Assembly (NCBI GenBank): GCA_947258875.1
Contig: CAMYKB010000003.1
Coordinates: forward strand, 12,358-76,357
Direction: 5' to 3'
DNA: 64,000 bases
DNA from: an uncultured Gammaproteobacteria bacterium
Lineage (GTDB): Bacteria; Pseudomonadota; Gammaproteobacteria; CAMYKB01
How positions within the stretch are numbered: position 1 is the stretch's first letter; each line of letters starts with the position of its first letter. Both the position numbers and the translations under genes were made by a program. The notes under the pieces were generated by a model. The model saw only the letters and a list, made by a program, of their open reading frames with translations. It did not search any database and was not told the DNA's origin. Below are positions 27,127 to 37,243 of this stretch, one piece after another.

Positions 27127-28704
27127 TTATTTCGCTTGTTTTTGAATGGACGAAATCACATAGCCCTGATCGGTCTGTTCCAGTTCGAACATGACCGCAT
27201 CTTGCGCCGCCAAACCCTCAAGACTCACGCCCGGTTTCACATTGAAATCCATGGTCATGGAGGGCCAGCCGATGTCGGGGATTGGCTCATGAGACATGTT
27301 GAGTTTGTTTTCTGCAGCCATGATTGTCTTGAGTACACCGTTACCGGTGATTACTGCTGTGTCTTTTTCTGCAGCAGAGGCTGCCGCATCACTCATACGC
27401 ATCAGGCTGGCTTTCTGGCTGGCCTCTGAATCGATCAGGAACTGGCCCGAAGTCACTACTTTCTCGCCTTCACGCAAACCACTTTGCACTTCAATGAAAT
27501 CACCGCTCTCTATCCCGGCGGTAACCTCGCGTGACGCAAAACTACCATCACCGTTATCGATGATGACACGCTGCGTCTGCCCGGTGCGGATCAACGCCTC
27601 GCGCGGAATCGCCAATACATCGCGTTTGGCACCGCCATAGATCGTGATATCAGCGAACATGTTGGGCTTGAGCGCTTCGTCCGTATTGTCGAACTTGAGA
27701 CGCACCTTGAGTGTACGGGTCTTGGGGTCGAGTCGCGGATAGATATATTCAACCTGGCCTTCCCAGCTGCGGCCCGGCAGGTAACTCAGGCGCACGTCGG
27801 CAGTTTGTCCGGTTTTGACCCAGTCGGCCTGTGACTCAAACACCTCGGCCAGCAACCAGACATTGGACAGATCGGCAAGTGTCATCACTTCCATGGCCGG
27901 CTTAACATACATGCCTTCGCGAATCTTGAGGTTGGCAACGATGCCATCCTGCCTTGCATAGATCTTGAGCATCTGTTGTGCGCGGCGCGTTTTATTAAGC
28001 TGATTGATTTGACCCTTGCTTATGCCCAGTGCAAGCAGGCGGTCTTTTGAGGCGCCGATTAAGGAGCGGCTGCCTGAAGCCAGCGCCTGCAGGTATTCTT
28101 CCTGTGCATTGACGAGTGTGGGTGAATAGAGTTCGAACAGTGTGTCGCCTTGTTTGACGCGCTCGCCTTCCGATTTAACATGCAGTTTTTCGATCCAACC
28201 GTCGGTGCGCAGGTGCACATGGCTCACCAGTTCTTCGTTGAAATCGACATAGCCTACGGTATCGATGCGACGCCACAGACGTGAACGTTCGACACTGGCG
28301 GTACGTATCCCCATGTTTTGTACGACTGCGGGCGATATTTTTACGTCTGTACCACCGCCTTCATCGTAAACGGGTACCAGGTCCATACCCATGGGCGATT
28401 TGCCCGGCTCATCACGACGATAATTAGGATCCATGGGCGCGACCCAATACAGGATTTTCTTTTCCTTTGGTGCGGCATCGTCCTGTTTGACTTCGACCAG
28501 ATCCATACCACAGATCGGGCACGAACCAGGTTCTCCACGGATGATCTGCGGGTGCATGGGGCAGACATAATTCGGGTCAGCATGTTTAAGCCCGTGTTCG
28601 ACAGCGGTCTCACCTGTAGCGGACGGGGTTTCCGGCGGCTTTTCACACGCAGTCAGGACTAGTGATGCCATGATGAGGCTGAGTATTATTGTTGTTGATT
28701 TCAT
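27127..28704 (-). CDS. cusB: Efflux RND periplasmic adaptor CusB with N-terminal metal-binding module and C-terminal CusF-like domain
   Basis: Lipobox LTACEK. N-terminal CPMHP...CPICGM heavy-metal-binding motif. MFP core. C-terminal ~70 aa resemble CusF-like Cu(I)/Ag(I)-binding folds (MTMDFNV...). Confidence 0.85.
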   Translation of the reverse strand: MKSTTIILSLIMASLVLTACEKPPETPSATGETAVEHGLKHADPNYVCPMHPQIIRGEPGSCPICGMDLVEVKQDDAAPKEKKILYWVAPMDPNYRRDEPGKSPMGMDLVPVYDEGGGTDVKISPAVVQNMGIRTASVERSRLWRRIDTVGYVDFNEELVSHVHLRTDGWIEKLHVKSEGERVKQGDTLFELYSPTLVNAQEEYLQALASGSRSLIGASKDRLLALGISKGQINQLNKTRRAQQMLKIYARQDGIVANLKIREGMYVKPAMEVMTLADLSNVWLLAEVFESQADWVKTGQTADVRLSYLPGRSWEGQVEYIYPRLDPKTRTLKVRLKFDNTDEALKPNMFADITIYGGAKRDVLAIPREALIRTGQTQRVIIDNGDGSFASREVTAGIESGDFIEVQSGLREGEKVVTSGQFLIDSEASQKASLMRMSDAAASAAEKDTAVITGNGVLKTIMAAENKLNMSHEPIPDIGWPSMTMDFNVKPGVSLEGLAAQDAVMFELEQTDQGYVISSIQKQAK

Positions 28705-29966
28705 GATTGATCTCCTGCGAGATACAGCAGTCCGGCCAGGGTTTTGCTGTAATCGACGCGAATACGTAAGGCATCCAATTGGGTGTTGAGTGCGGTGATT
28801 CTGGCGCGCATTAACATGGTGAAATCACCGCGGTTACTTTGGTAGGCGTGCAATGCCGCTTCGGCATTCTGTCGGGCGCGTGAAATGAGGGTTTCATCAT
28901 AACGCGCCTGGCGTTCCGCCAGCTTTTGCGAGTTAGCGTAAAGTTCGTCGAGCGCCCGTTTCAGTTCCCTGTATTGCAGCTCGCGTGTTTGTAATGCGGC
29001 ATTGGTTTCGAATTGGCTGGCTGCAAGCTTTCGGTCCTGGCGCTTGTCTTTGAATAATGGAATATCGACGAGCACCATTGCAGATAAAAAATCAGCGCGG
29101 TCGCTGCCGTCCATGTTCTCGCCATCGCGGTTGCCATAAGTCACATCCAGCATCCATTTGGGTTTGTAGGCGGCGCGTGCAACAGCGACTGATTCCTGCG
29201 AAGCCTTTACGCGTGCATCCTGTGAACGCAACATGGGATGCTTGGCCAGATTTTCGAGTAACGTCGGGTAGTCGCCCGGTTGCGCAGTTGTGGGTAGCGA
29301 AGTCGTCAATGGACGTTGTGCAGCTTCATCACCAATCCAGCGTGCCAGCTTGGCGCGCGCCCTGGCTTCCATGTTTTCGACCTGTGTTTGTCGGTCGTTT
29401 AATAGTTCCAGTTCCAGTTCAGCGCGAATTACGTCCTGTTGATTACTGCGGCCAGCAGCATATTGTGAGCGTGTGATTTTAATCAGCTGCCTGAATAGAG
29501 ATTGATTGCGGCGTACAATCTGTTTTGCCTGACCCCAATAATAGGTTTCGAGGTAGAGCTCGTGAACCTGCTGTCGAATTTTCTGTTGTTTGTCGGCGGC
29601 CTGCTCACGTTCGGCATCAGCCATATGCGAAACCTGGCTGCTGCGGTGTTCCAGTGTGCCTCCGGAGGGAAACATCTGTTGCACGCCCAGCTGGACCTGT
29701 GTCATGGGTTCCTGTTCGCGGGCAAAGGTGTCGGTAGGAAAATTCATTAACCCAAGTTTTAATTTCGGGTCCGGCAGCTGTTTGCTGGCAATGGCGCGCT
29801 CATCCAGGGCCTGTGCCTTCTCGTAATGACGTTGCACCAGAGGGTCTTGCTGCATCGCCAGTTGCAGCGCATCTTCAAGCGCCAGTTCGGTAGCGGAAGC
29901 GTTACCGCCAAATACAGCAAATAGTGTTAGCAGACCTAACACGGCAAATCGAAATTGATAGTTCAT
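28701..29966 (-). CDS. cusC: Outer membrane efflux protein CusC (TolC family)
   Basis: OMF repeats. Start at MNYQFRF (ATG 29966) with GGAG RBS. 4 bp overlap with cusB. Confidence 0.85.
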   Translation of the reverse strand: MNYQFRFAVLGLLTLFAVFGGNASATELALEDALQLAMQQDPLVQRHYEKAQALDERAIASKQLPDPKLKLGLMNFPTDTFAREQEPMTQVQLGVQQMFPSGGTLEHRSSQVSHMADAEREQAADKQQKIRQQVHELYLETYYWGQAKQIVRRNQSLFRQLIKITRSQYAAGRSNQQDVIRAELELELLNDRQTQVENMEARARAKLARWIGDEAAQRPLTTSLPTTAQPGDYPTLLENLAKHPMLRSQDARVKASQESVAVARAAYKPKWMLDVTYGNRDGENMDGSDRADFLSAMVLVDIPLFKDKRQDRKLAASQFETNAALQTRELQYRELKRALDELYANSQKLAERQARYDETLISRARQNAEAALHAYQSNRGDFTMLMRARITALNTQLDALRIRVDYSKTLAGLLYLAGDQS

Positions 29967-30080
29967 TGTACTAACTCCAACGCAGCTGCAGGTTGCGCAC
30001 TTAGCTGTGTATGATGCAGCGCATCTTCCGTAAACAAAAGAAAATAAGACCAACGCGGTTAGCGTAGGCTAACAGTGAGT

Positions 30081-30419
30081 CTAGTAGATGCGTGGAGGTC
30101 GCAGTTCGATCGGATGGTCGATATCGTGAGGTGTTGAGTAGAGGCGTACGATCTGTTGGTTGCCCGCCATTGTGCTGGGAGAATAATCAGAGATGATGAA
30201 TGTGAAGCCTGTGGATGAGTCACAATCAAGGCAGTTGCAGCATTGTGTGTGATCGGTATGTAACTTAAATACATGGTTTGCGTGATCTTTCAGCATGGAA
30301 TCGCAGTGGCAGCTGCTTGAAGTGTTGGTATTGAATGGGGGGCTGCTGATAGCATTAAACGGCGCCATGATCATCATGACGGCCAGTATTGCTACCACAG
30401 GGTTTAACAGCTTCTTCAT
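30081..30419 (-). CDS. Small secreted Cys/His-rich protein (copper-island family member 1)
   Basis: 112 aa with signal peptide. CHCD, CCNCLDCD and His clusters. C-terminal ...HPIELRPPRIY tail shared with two other ORFs in this island. Confidence 0.55.
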   Translation of the reverse strand: MKKLLNPVVAILAVMMIMAPFNAISSPPFNTNTSSSCHCDSMLKDHANHVFKLHTDHTQCCNCLDCDSSTGFTFIISDYSPSTMAGNQQIVRLYSTPHDIDHPIELRPPRIY

Positions 30420-30604
30420 GCTGTTAGAGCATAGAGAGTGAATATATGTGTGTCAATCGGGCGCCAATCGTTATTTGCATATCGTCGCTCCCGAGTTAGC
30501 GCTCATTTGATTTCGGTCAATATTTGGGAACATACGGTAAACCAGACTGTCTACTATGATTAGGTCAATACCAATCATGGGCATCTCAACAGGCTGAATA
30601 TGCC

Positions 30605-31060
30605 ATGTGTCGTCGACAGATCAATGAAGAACCAGCGTGCCTCGTGAGGTTGTTGTTGGTTCTGATGATTGGTTTTATGCCCATGCAGCTCGTTGTGGCC
30701 GGCTTGCCTGCTCATGTTGCTGGCGAGCAGGCGCTCGTAACAACACAAAAGCTATGCCGTGGCTATGATGAAACCAAGCTTGATAGTGTAAGGTATGACC
30801 ATAACCACACTGCAAATACCGCTGCCAGCAGTGATAGCCAGAACAGCGATGAAGTCTGCGCTTGTTGTTATGATCAAGCATGCAATGGGATTGTGTGTGT
30901 CAGTAGTTGCGGCGGGGCGCCTGGCGGCACAATGATTCCAGCCCATACTTCAGATCTCTTTAACTTTACAGCGCACAAGCTGAGTCCGTTTCATTTGCTT
31001 ACCAAGCGCGAACTCCATATTTCTCCTCCCCAAAGACCTCCACGTACTGTCACTCTCTAA
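30605..31060 (+). CDS. Small secreted Cys-rich protein (copper-island family member 2; true start probably downstream Met)
   Basis: Hydrophobic N-terminus. CACCYDQACNG...CVSSCGG. C-terminal ...FHLLTKRELHISPPQRPPR tail. Confidence 0.45.
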   Translation: MCRRQINEEPACLVRLLLVLMIGFMPMQLVVAGLPAHVAGEQALVTTQKLCRGYDETKLDSVRYDHNHTANTAASSDSQNSDEVCACCYDQACNGIVCVSSCGGAPGGTMIPAHTSDLFNFTAHKLSPFHLLTKRELHISPPQRPPRTVTL

Positions 31061-31242
31061 AGCGCGCTTGCCTGTAGGGCAGGCTTAGCGTCGTAACCTG
31101 TTGGCCGCAGCGATACGGAGCTATGCATATGCATGGATTCCATGTGGATAGGCACTCACCTGCAAGCAACGCCTGATGGATAGTGTCACTGGAGTCGAGA
31201 ATAGTAACGGCAAATCAATGGACAGTAATTTGGAGAAATATT

Positions 31243-31752
31243 ATGAAGTCATTATACAAACATGGTTTACAAAAAAATCTTGCTGGTGGCGCCTACTGGT
31301 ACATAATTGTCGGTGGGCTTGTATTAGCATTGATCGCGTCATTCATGATTTGGATGCCTGTGCGCAATGCCGACGCTGATGCCATTGAGATCACCGTTTA
31401 CAAGAGCCCGACATGCGGGTGTTGTAACAAATGGATCAGCCATCTGAGTGATAACGGATTTAAGGTCAAAGCTGTGAACATGCCCAATATGGATCAGATC
31501 AGGGCGCGGTCTGGAATCACGTCCGAATTATCTTCGTGCCATACAGCGCTGGTAGATGACTACATTGTAGAGGGGCATGTGCCGGCTGATGTGGTCAAGC
31601 GTTTACTGCAGGAGCGTCCCGAAGTCAGGGGTATTTCGGTGCCGGGAATGGTAATGGGTTCGCCGGGCATGGAGGGTAATCGTCGCGATGCTTATAATAT
31701 CCTGACCTTTGATGCTGAGGGCAATACTGCTGTTTATGCCAGTCGACGGTGA
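31243..31752 (+). CDS. DUF411 family metal-binding protein (CopG-like of copper resistance clusters)
   Basis: GGAGA RBS before the ATG at 31243. N-terminal TM anchor. CGCC motif (KSPTCGCCNKW) typical of DUF411. Confidence 0.75.
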   Translation: MKSLYKHGLQKNLAGGAYWYIIVGGLVLALIASFMIWMPVRNADADAIEITVYKSPTCGCCNKWISHLSDNGFKVKAVNMPNMDQIRARSGITSELSSCHTALVDDYIVEGHVPADVVKRLLQERPEVRGISVPGMVMGSPGMEGNRRDAYNILTFDAEGNTAVYASRR

Positions 31753-31861
31753 CTCATTGGTCTATATGGTTAGAACAGGATTAAAAGGATGATGTGAGAC
31801 CTGCTGTTAAATAGAGTTGCGCTATCGGTGTTAGATATCGCGATTGCCGGAGGGTGACGAT

Positions 31862-32212
31862 ATGAACGAAACAATCATCGAAATACTCAGTTATCCGCGT
31901 GCATTAATGCATCAATACATTGAGCTCGAAGACTGCGCTCATGCCGGACACTATGCAGCAAAGGAGAAGGAATGTCAGCGATGTGATTACGAGTTCGAGT
32001 GTCAATGGCTATTCGGTAATGATGAATGTGTCGCGCTAGAACAGAAATCCAGTGAGGCAGTCGCTTGTTCGTTTGAATCCGCAATAGCCTATGTCGAAGG
32101 GATGAGTATACTGAATGGACATGATACGCATCGCTGTACCTGTGATAACTGTACATGGACCAGGGATGCATTGCTGTTTATCGGTGAATTAAAATGCCGC
32201 CAGATGCGGTGA
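31862..32212 (+). CDS. Hypothetical Cys-rich cytoplasmic protein
   Basis: GGAGGG RBS before MNETI. ~13 Cys in 116 aa, including CQRCDYEFEC and CTCDNCTW. Confidence 0.45.
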   Translation: MNETIIEILSYPRALMHQYIELEDCAHAGHYAAKEKECQRCDYEFECQWLFGNDECVALEQKSSEAVACSFESAIAYVEGMSILNGHDTHRCTCDNCTWTRDALLFIGELKCRQMR

Positions 32213-32318
32213 GTAGAGGAAAACGAACGTGCGTAATATTGCATGCATATAACGAATTAAACGAAAGTATCGCGATACCTGATTATATTTAATAGGTTTC
32301 ACGATCGGGAGGTTTCGA

Positions 32319-32930
32319 ATGTCAAATAATATACGCGTGAAGATTGTTCTGGCAATGGTGGTCGGTATGGGTTTGCCTGTCGTGGCATCAAGTTGTGAGA
32401 TGGGCTCAGATTCGGGTGAATCTACTAATGAGCGCGATACTCATGAAAGCATGGATCATGGTGACGAGGGTATGCAGGGTGATAAGCATGCTATGGATAT
32501 GGCGGGTCACCAGCATGGTGAGTGGGTAGCACCGCCAGCCGATTACAGCGAAAAGGTAAATGCTGACTGGAACGATGAGGCTGCGGCCCTGCGCGGGAAA
32601 ACGCTATACCAGCAAAACTGCGCAAGCTGCCATGGTGCAGATGGAAAAGGTACGGGGCCAGTGGCAAAATCTCTGGAGCATCCTCCGGCTGATTTGACAA
32701 ATCATTTTCACAAGAAGGCCGGTGATGGCGACGCTTATCTTTTCTGGAGAGTGAGTGAGGGTGGTGTCGTGGCGCCTTTTAAAGCAATGAAATCAGGTAT
32801 GCCACCATTCAAATCCAGCTTGAGTGAGCCGCAACGCTGGGATGTTCTGACTTATGTCCATAAGGCGTTTCATAAAGGTTTTTCTGATGAAGATAAACGT
32901 GACGACAGCCATAAAGATCATACTCATTGA
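32319..32930 (+). CDS. Monohaem c-type cytochrome with Met/His-rich N-terminal region, lipoprotein
   Basis: Lipobox VVASSC. Single CASCH. Met/His-rich stretch MDHGDEGMQGDKHAMDMAGHQHGEW reminiscent of Cu-binding MXXM/HXXM motifs. Confidence 0.7.
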   Translation: MSNNIRVKIVLAMVVGMGLPVVASSCEMGSDSGESTNERDTHESMDHGDEGMQGDKHAMDMAGHQHGEWVAPPADYSEKVNADWNDEAAALRGKTLYQQNCASCHGADGKGTGPVAKSLEHPPADLTNHFHKKAGDGDAYLFWRVSEGGVVAPFKAMKSGMPPFKSSLSEPQRWDVLTYVHKAFHKGFSDEDKRDDSHKDHTH

Positions 32931-33161
32931 TGGTGCAAGGCAGGTAATGGGTATGATCAACATCATGTGCGCTGAACGCAATGTGTCTGTGGCAAAGCGA
33001 CCTGAAGTCAGTTTACTCAACGGCTCGCAATCGAGGGCGCTCTCTTAAGAATCAGACGCTGCCCGAATGACAGGGTGGCGCAACGAGTTTCAGTGTTATG
33101 CGTGTTGTTACCAATGAGGTTGCTTGGTGCGGCATGTGTGATCAAACCAGGAGGTGATGTT

Positions 33162-33485
33162 ATGAGTTTCCAAATGGTGGTAGCGATGTTTCCGGAATTA
33201 GCCCTGGAGCAGGTTGAGCTGGATTTGATGGACCTGGGTGTTCCTGGGATGACGATATCTAGAGTGCATGGTTTGGGAGAATACCGAAATTACTACACAA
33301 AGGATTGCATGGCTGATTGCATCCGCATGGAGATATTTACAGAGACTGAGAAGACAAGAGAAATAGTAAACACTATTGCGAAAACTGTGCATCAAGGCTT
33401 GGCTAGCGACGGTATTATTGCGATTCTTCCTGTAGAAGAATTCATACACATCAAAAACTTTATTGGGATGCCAGATGATGGGTAA
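33162..33485 (+). CDS. P-II (GlnB-like) family small protein often associated with HME-RND operons
   Basis: GGAGGTGA RBS. MSFQMVVAMFPELALEQVELDLMDLGVPGMTISRVHGLGEY resembles the GlnB-like ferredoxin-like fold (DUF3240-type). Confidence 0.55.
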   Translation: MSFQMVVAMFPELALEQVELDLMDLGVPGMTISRVHGLGEYRNYYTKDCMADCIRMEIFTETEKTREIVNTIAKTVHQGLASDGIIAILPVEEFIHIKNFIGMPDDG

Positions 33486-34041
33486 TAATGTAAAGCGTAT
33501 TTATCTGGGAGCTGTTTCAAGATCTTGTGATAGCGCGTGATCTTGCGCCTTTTGTTTCAGTGCCACAGTAAAAATGGAGGCGCCAACGACCATTGGAAAA
33601 ATGACACACCTCCTGCGTTGATCACCGGTATCAATGGCGCCCGCTTCATATGGTTGCATGTCCCATTGCTGCGAACATTCAATATTTCGCTGTATGTAAT
33701 ATATGTGACCTCAACAATGATGAAGAAGGATGTGCAGGCATACCAATAGCGATTTTCCATAAAGGTTTCAGTGAGGGCGTGAACGTAACCACAAATACTT
33801 GTGGTTGTTGGTGTCAGGCAATGCCTGATTTTGTGGTGGCAGCCAGGCACGGCCGCATAGCAATTTTATCAATACAATGATTGCGGCAATGGTGATCACC
33901 CAAATTAACAGGCCAAAAATCTATGTCCGAAACCGAAACATAGTTGGTGACCATCATGCATGGTTTTATACCTCTATAAAATGCTGCAAGGGTGCCGTCC
34001 TGTTTTTATTCCGCAGAACGGCACCACAGGATCGCAAATAC

Positions 34042-34563
34042 TTAATGTCCCATCATGGAATGATCCATCTGGAAGGTATCGCCCGTACCTTCCTTGTTCC
34101 ATGGCGGCATGGCTGGGTAATGCCCCGGACCTTTGGAAGCACCTTCGGATTTGCCGCCGCACTTATCCCAGGTGGCGTTATCCAGCATGATCAAACCACG
34201 GCTACCATTGGCGCACAGCGTTGCCAGCTCGTGCTGCGCTGACGTGGGTTCCATGGCATAACGACCATCAAAACCCGCCTCGCGAGCACGGCCGCTCGGC
34301 GGAATGGTGTTGAGTTTGTCTAGCGTTTTTACTTCACCGGTGTCTCTGTATTGAGGGCTTGCCGCGGGTGCATGTTGAGAATGGTCCATAGGCATCGCGT
34401 GTTTGCTATGGTCCATCTCCGGTTGCATCGTCTGTTGCATTTGATCAGGGTGCTGCATCTGCCCTGCATGGCCACTGTGATCGGGTTCAGCCGCGATCAA
34501 TGCGCCACTCGTAGCCAGGGTCAATCCAGTCATAAAAATTAATATTTGCATATGAAGTTTCAT
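34042..34563 (-). CDS. Met/His-rich periplasmic protein (putative copper-binding; resembles the CopB N-terminal Met-rich module)
   Basis: Signal peptide. Repeats MDHSKHAMPMDHSQHA and HSGHAGQMQHPDQMQQTMQPEMDH. Immediately downstream of copB. Confidence 0.6.
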   Translation of the reverse strand: MKLHMQILIFMTGLTLATSGALIAAEPDHSGHAGQMQHPDQMQQTMQPEMDHSKHAMPMDHSQHAPAASPQYRDTGEVKTLDKLNTIPPSGRAREAGFDGRYAMEPTSAQHELATLCANGSRGLIMLDNATWDKCGGKSEGASKGPGHYPAMPPWNKEGTGDTFQMDHSMMGH

Positions 34564-34577
34564 GTTATTGCCCCCAC

Positions 34578-35780
34578 TTATCGTGTGATGTAGTTGTGTT
34601 CTGTATCGAGGATTGATGTACGCTCGCCAATGGTGTCATTGAATGTCATATCGAAATTGAACGATAAACCCACCATGACCGCGGTCTCCTTGTCATAGCC
34701 GGTGATTGCTGCAATGCCATCATCAAGATCGGTGTAGCTGAGTTGGCCGATCAGGTCGACACCTGATCCCAGTCGATACGCAATGCTGGGGATGATGCTG
34801 AACTGACTGGCGTTGCTGTCATCGTAGTCCTTATAGGCTAGTGTCAACCCCGCCTGCCAGCGTGTCAGTAGCTTGGGTCGGCGCGTGTAGCGCAGTGAGC
34901 TTACGGCAGACCATGAGGCGGTGCGTCGCAAACCATTGGCATCGAGCAAAGTGATGTCGTCGAGGCCTTCGCTGTAGATGATTTGCAGGCCCGTTGACCA
35001 GTTGGCTAATGGGTTGTTGTTGAGATTGAACTCAGCACCTGCGATGACTGAATTACTGCTGGAATCGTTGACGCTATCGTCAACGTCCTGGTAATCGACC
35101 AGTAGGCCGAGGGTGCGCAGGCGTTTGAGATACACCAGTTCTTCAGGTATGACATAGACGAGACCGATACCGGCCGAGTTCATGTTGAATTCATCGCGTT
35201 TTTCACCATTGGGCTCGGTTTCTGCGCGTGTACCAGCCCATACTGACGCCGTTGTATAGGGTGTGATATGCCAGCCGAGCGACATGATGTCGCCGAACAT
35301 CTGGTATTGATCGTTTTCCGCGAACGATGACAGATTGAGTGCATGGGTGTAGGTCATCAGGTCGTCGTCGCGCAGGGTTGGAAATTCGATCAGTGTGTTG
35401 GGCAGGCGGGTGCGCCCGAGCAGCACATCGTAATTCTTGTTCCAGTAAAACGCGTTGAACTGATGGAAGAACACATCATCATCAAGATCGCTGTCCTGGT
35501 CCGGCTTGGTGAAACCGACCATGGCGCCTGCGACCCCGGTTTCATAGATGCGCTTGTCGAAACGCAGTAATAACCCCGAATCAGAAATATCGATGGCATT
35601 GTGATCTTCGTCTTCGTTACCGGCGAAGCCGTCCAGCTGACTCGCTGAGGGGGTGGCGATCACACGGCCACCGACGGTGACACGCGGCATGACTTTGCGG
35701 TCTACTTCAAGCGCTTGTGCCGACTGCAAACCGAGTAATGCGGCGAGCGCTGAAAATAATAAAGTGTATTGTGTTTTCAT
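34578..35780 (-). CDS. copB: Copper resistance protein B (CopB/PcoB outer-membrane protein)
   Basis: 400 aa with signal peptide. Beta-barrel-like sequence ending in aromatic residues. Positioned after copA as in pco/cop operons. Lacks the usual N-terminal Met-rich region. Confidence 0.75.
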   Translation of the reverse strand: MKTQYTLLFSALAALLGLQSAQALEVDRKVMPRVTVGGRVIATPSASQLDGFAGNEDEDHNAIDISDSGLLLRFDKRIYETGVAGAMVGFTKPDQDSDLDDDVFFHQFNAFYWNKNYDVLLGRTRLPNTLIEFPTLRDDDLMTYTHALNLSSFAENDQYQMFGDIMSLGWHITPYTTASVWAGTRAETEPNGEKRDEFNMNSAGIGLVYVIPEELVYLKRLRTLGLLVDYQDVDDSVNDSSSNSVIAGAEFNLNNNPLANWSTGLQIIYSEGLDDITLLDANGLRRTASWSAVSSLRYTRRPKLLTRWQAGLTLAYKDYDDSNASQFSIIPSIAYRLGSGVDLIGQLSYTDLDDGIAAITGYDKETAVMVGLSFNFDMTFNDTIGERTSILDTEHNYITR

Positions 35781-35803
35781 GATTATATTCCTTCTCGCAA
35801 CAG

Positions 35804-37147
35804 TTACTGGTCCACAGACGTCGAGGGTATGTAGCTGGGCTGGAAGTCCTCGTACTCGAGCACCGTCAGCATGCCTCCGGGGTAAATGCCGTTATTGGTG
35901 GCGTGGGTCGTCTTGTGGTCGTGGAAAGTCCAGTAGCCGGGGTTGTCGCCGTACACCATAATGTCGTAGGTGCCGCCTGGTTCCACATGAATAGTATTGA
36001 TCTGGCGGGGTTCAGCCAGGTCATTACCGTCTTGTGCCACCCACCAGAAGTCATGGCCATGCAGATGCATGTGATGGGTCAGGCCACTGGCGTTGATCAT
36101 GCGGATGCGTATCCATTCGCCCTGTCGGATACTGATGCGCTTGGTTGCGGGATAGGCCTTACCGTTGATGCCGAAGAAGTTTTGCTTCATGTGCATCCCG
36201 TTAGAACGGCTTTGCAGATATGGCGCCTTGTAGTCGCCGCTATCAACAGCCTGTTTGAACTCAGCGTAGTCCTTGAAGAAGCCGTGTGTCTTATAGTCCA
36301 GCTTGCCTTGTGACATCAACAGGTTGACCTCTTTCATGCCGCGCAAGAGTTCATTGATTTCTTCACGTGAAAAATCGATGTCCCAGGCCTCGAGCATGAG
36401 GGTATAGTCCCGTGTGTAAGGGAAGCGTTTTTTCAGAGGTTCGTGCTTGCGGTGCACGATGAATGCGCCGTGCATCGCATGGGTGGCATGTAAAGGCGTC
36501 CCCCAGTGGCAGTGATACCAGCGGGTACCTGATGGTTTAGCTTGAAAGCGATACACAAAGGTCTGGCCGGGATGCACCGGATCCTGGGTGATCATAGGTA
36601 CGCCATCCATGGTGTATGGCAGCACGATGCCATGCCAGTGGATGGTGTGCATCTCCTCTGTATGGTTAGTGAAATTGACCTTGACCCAATCACCTTCGGT
36701 GACATGGAATTCAGGTCCCGGCACCTGGCCATTGAAGGCGAAGAAGTGTGTCTTGATGCCAGGCAGGATTTCGTGCTCGGCCAAACGGATGTCGATATCG
36801 AACACCTTGTAATCAACCTCATGGTCGGCGGGTGAGCCGGGGGGTTCGGTCAACAGGCCGGGCTGCATGGCATGACCTTCCACGAACATCATGGAGCTGT
36901 AACCGTTACCGGCCTGTCCCATCTGAGCATGCATGCTGTGATCCATGCCGCCTTGAGCCATGTGTGCAGAGTGATCTGTTTTATCTGTCTGGGCGGCCAG
37001 TTGGCTGCTCGCTGCCAGCGCGGCCGAGCCGGTGGCGGCTACGGCGCCGCGCAAGAAGTTACGGCGCGAAGTATCGGCTGATGGTGGTGTAATATCCGCA
37101 GCCTGCAGTATGCGCTGCTTGTCGTGCTCGAGGTTTTTAGATTTCAT
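35804..37147 (-). CDS. copA: Multicopper oxidase CopA/PcoA (Tat-secreted)
   Basis: Tat motif RRNFLRGAVAATGSAALA. Copper ligand motifs HWHG, HCHW...H.H.MHG and HMHLHGH. Met/His-rich loop. Confidence 0.9.
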   Translation of the reverse strand: MKSKNLEHDKQRILQAADITPPSADTSRRNFLRGAVAATGSAALAASSQLAAQTDKTDHSAHMAQGGMDHSMHAQMGQAGNGYSSMMFVEGHAMQPGLLTEPPGSPADHEVDYKVFDIDIRLAEHEILPGIKTHFFAFNGQVPGPEFHVTEGDWVKVNFTNHTEEMHTIHWHGIVLPYTMDGVPMITQDPVHPGQTFVYRFQAKPSGTRWYHCHWGTPLHATHAMHGAFIVHRKHEPLKKRFPYTRDYTLMLEAWDIDFSREEINELLRGMKEVNLLMSQGKLDYKTHGFFKDYAEFKQAVDSGDYKAPYLQSRSNGMHMKQNFFGINGKAYPATKRISIRQGEWIRIRMINASGLTHHMHLHGHDFWWVAQDGNDLAEPRQINTIHVEPGGTYDIMVYGDNPGYWTFHDHKTTHATNNGIYPGGMLTVLEYEDFQPSYIPSTSVDQ

Positions 37148-37243
37148 CCTCTATCTCCTGATCAATTACCTGAGACCCAATAACCCGCACTAAAGGAATC
37201 CGTGCAAGTAAAGCCTTAGTAGCCGTATGGCTACGGGTAGTGA

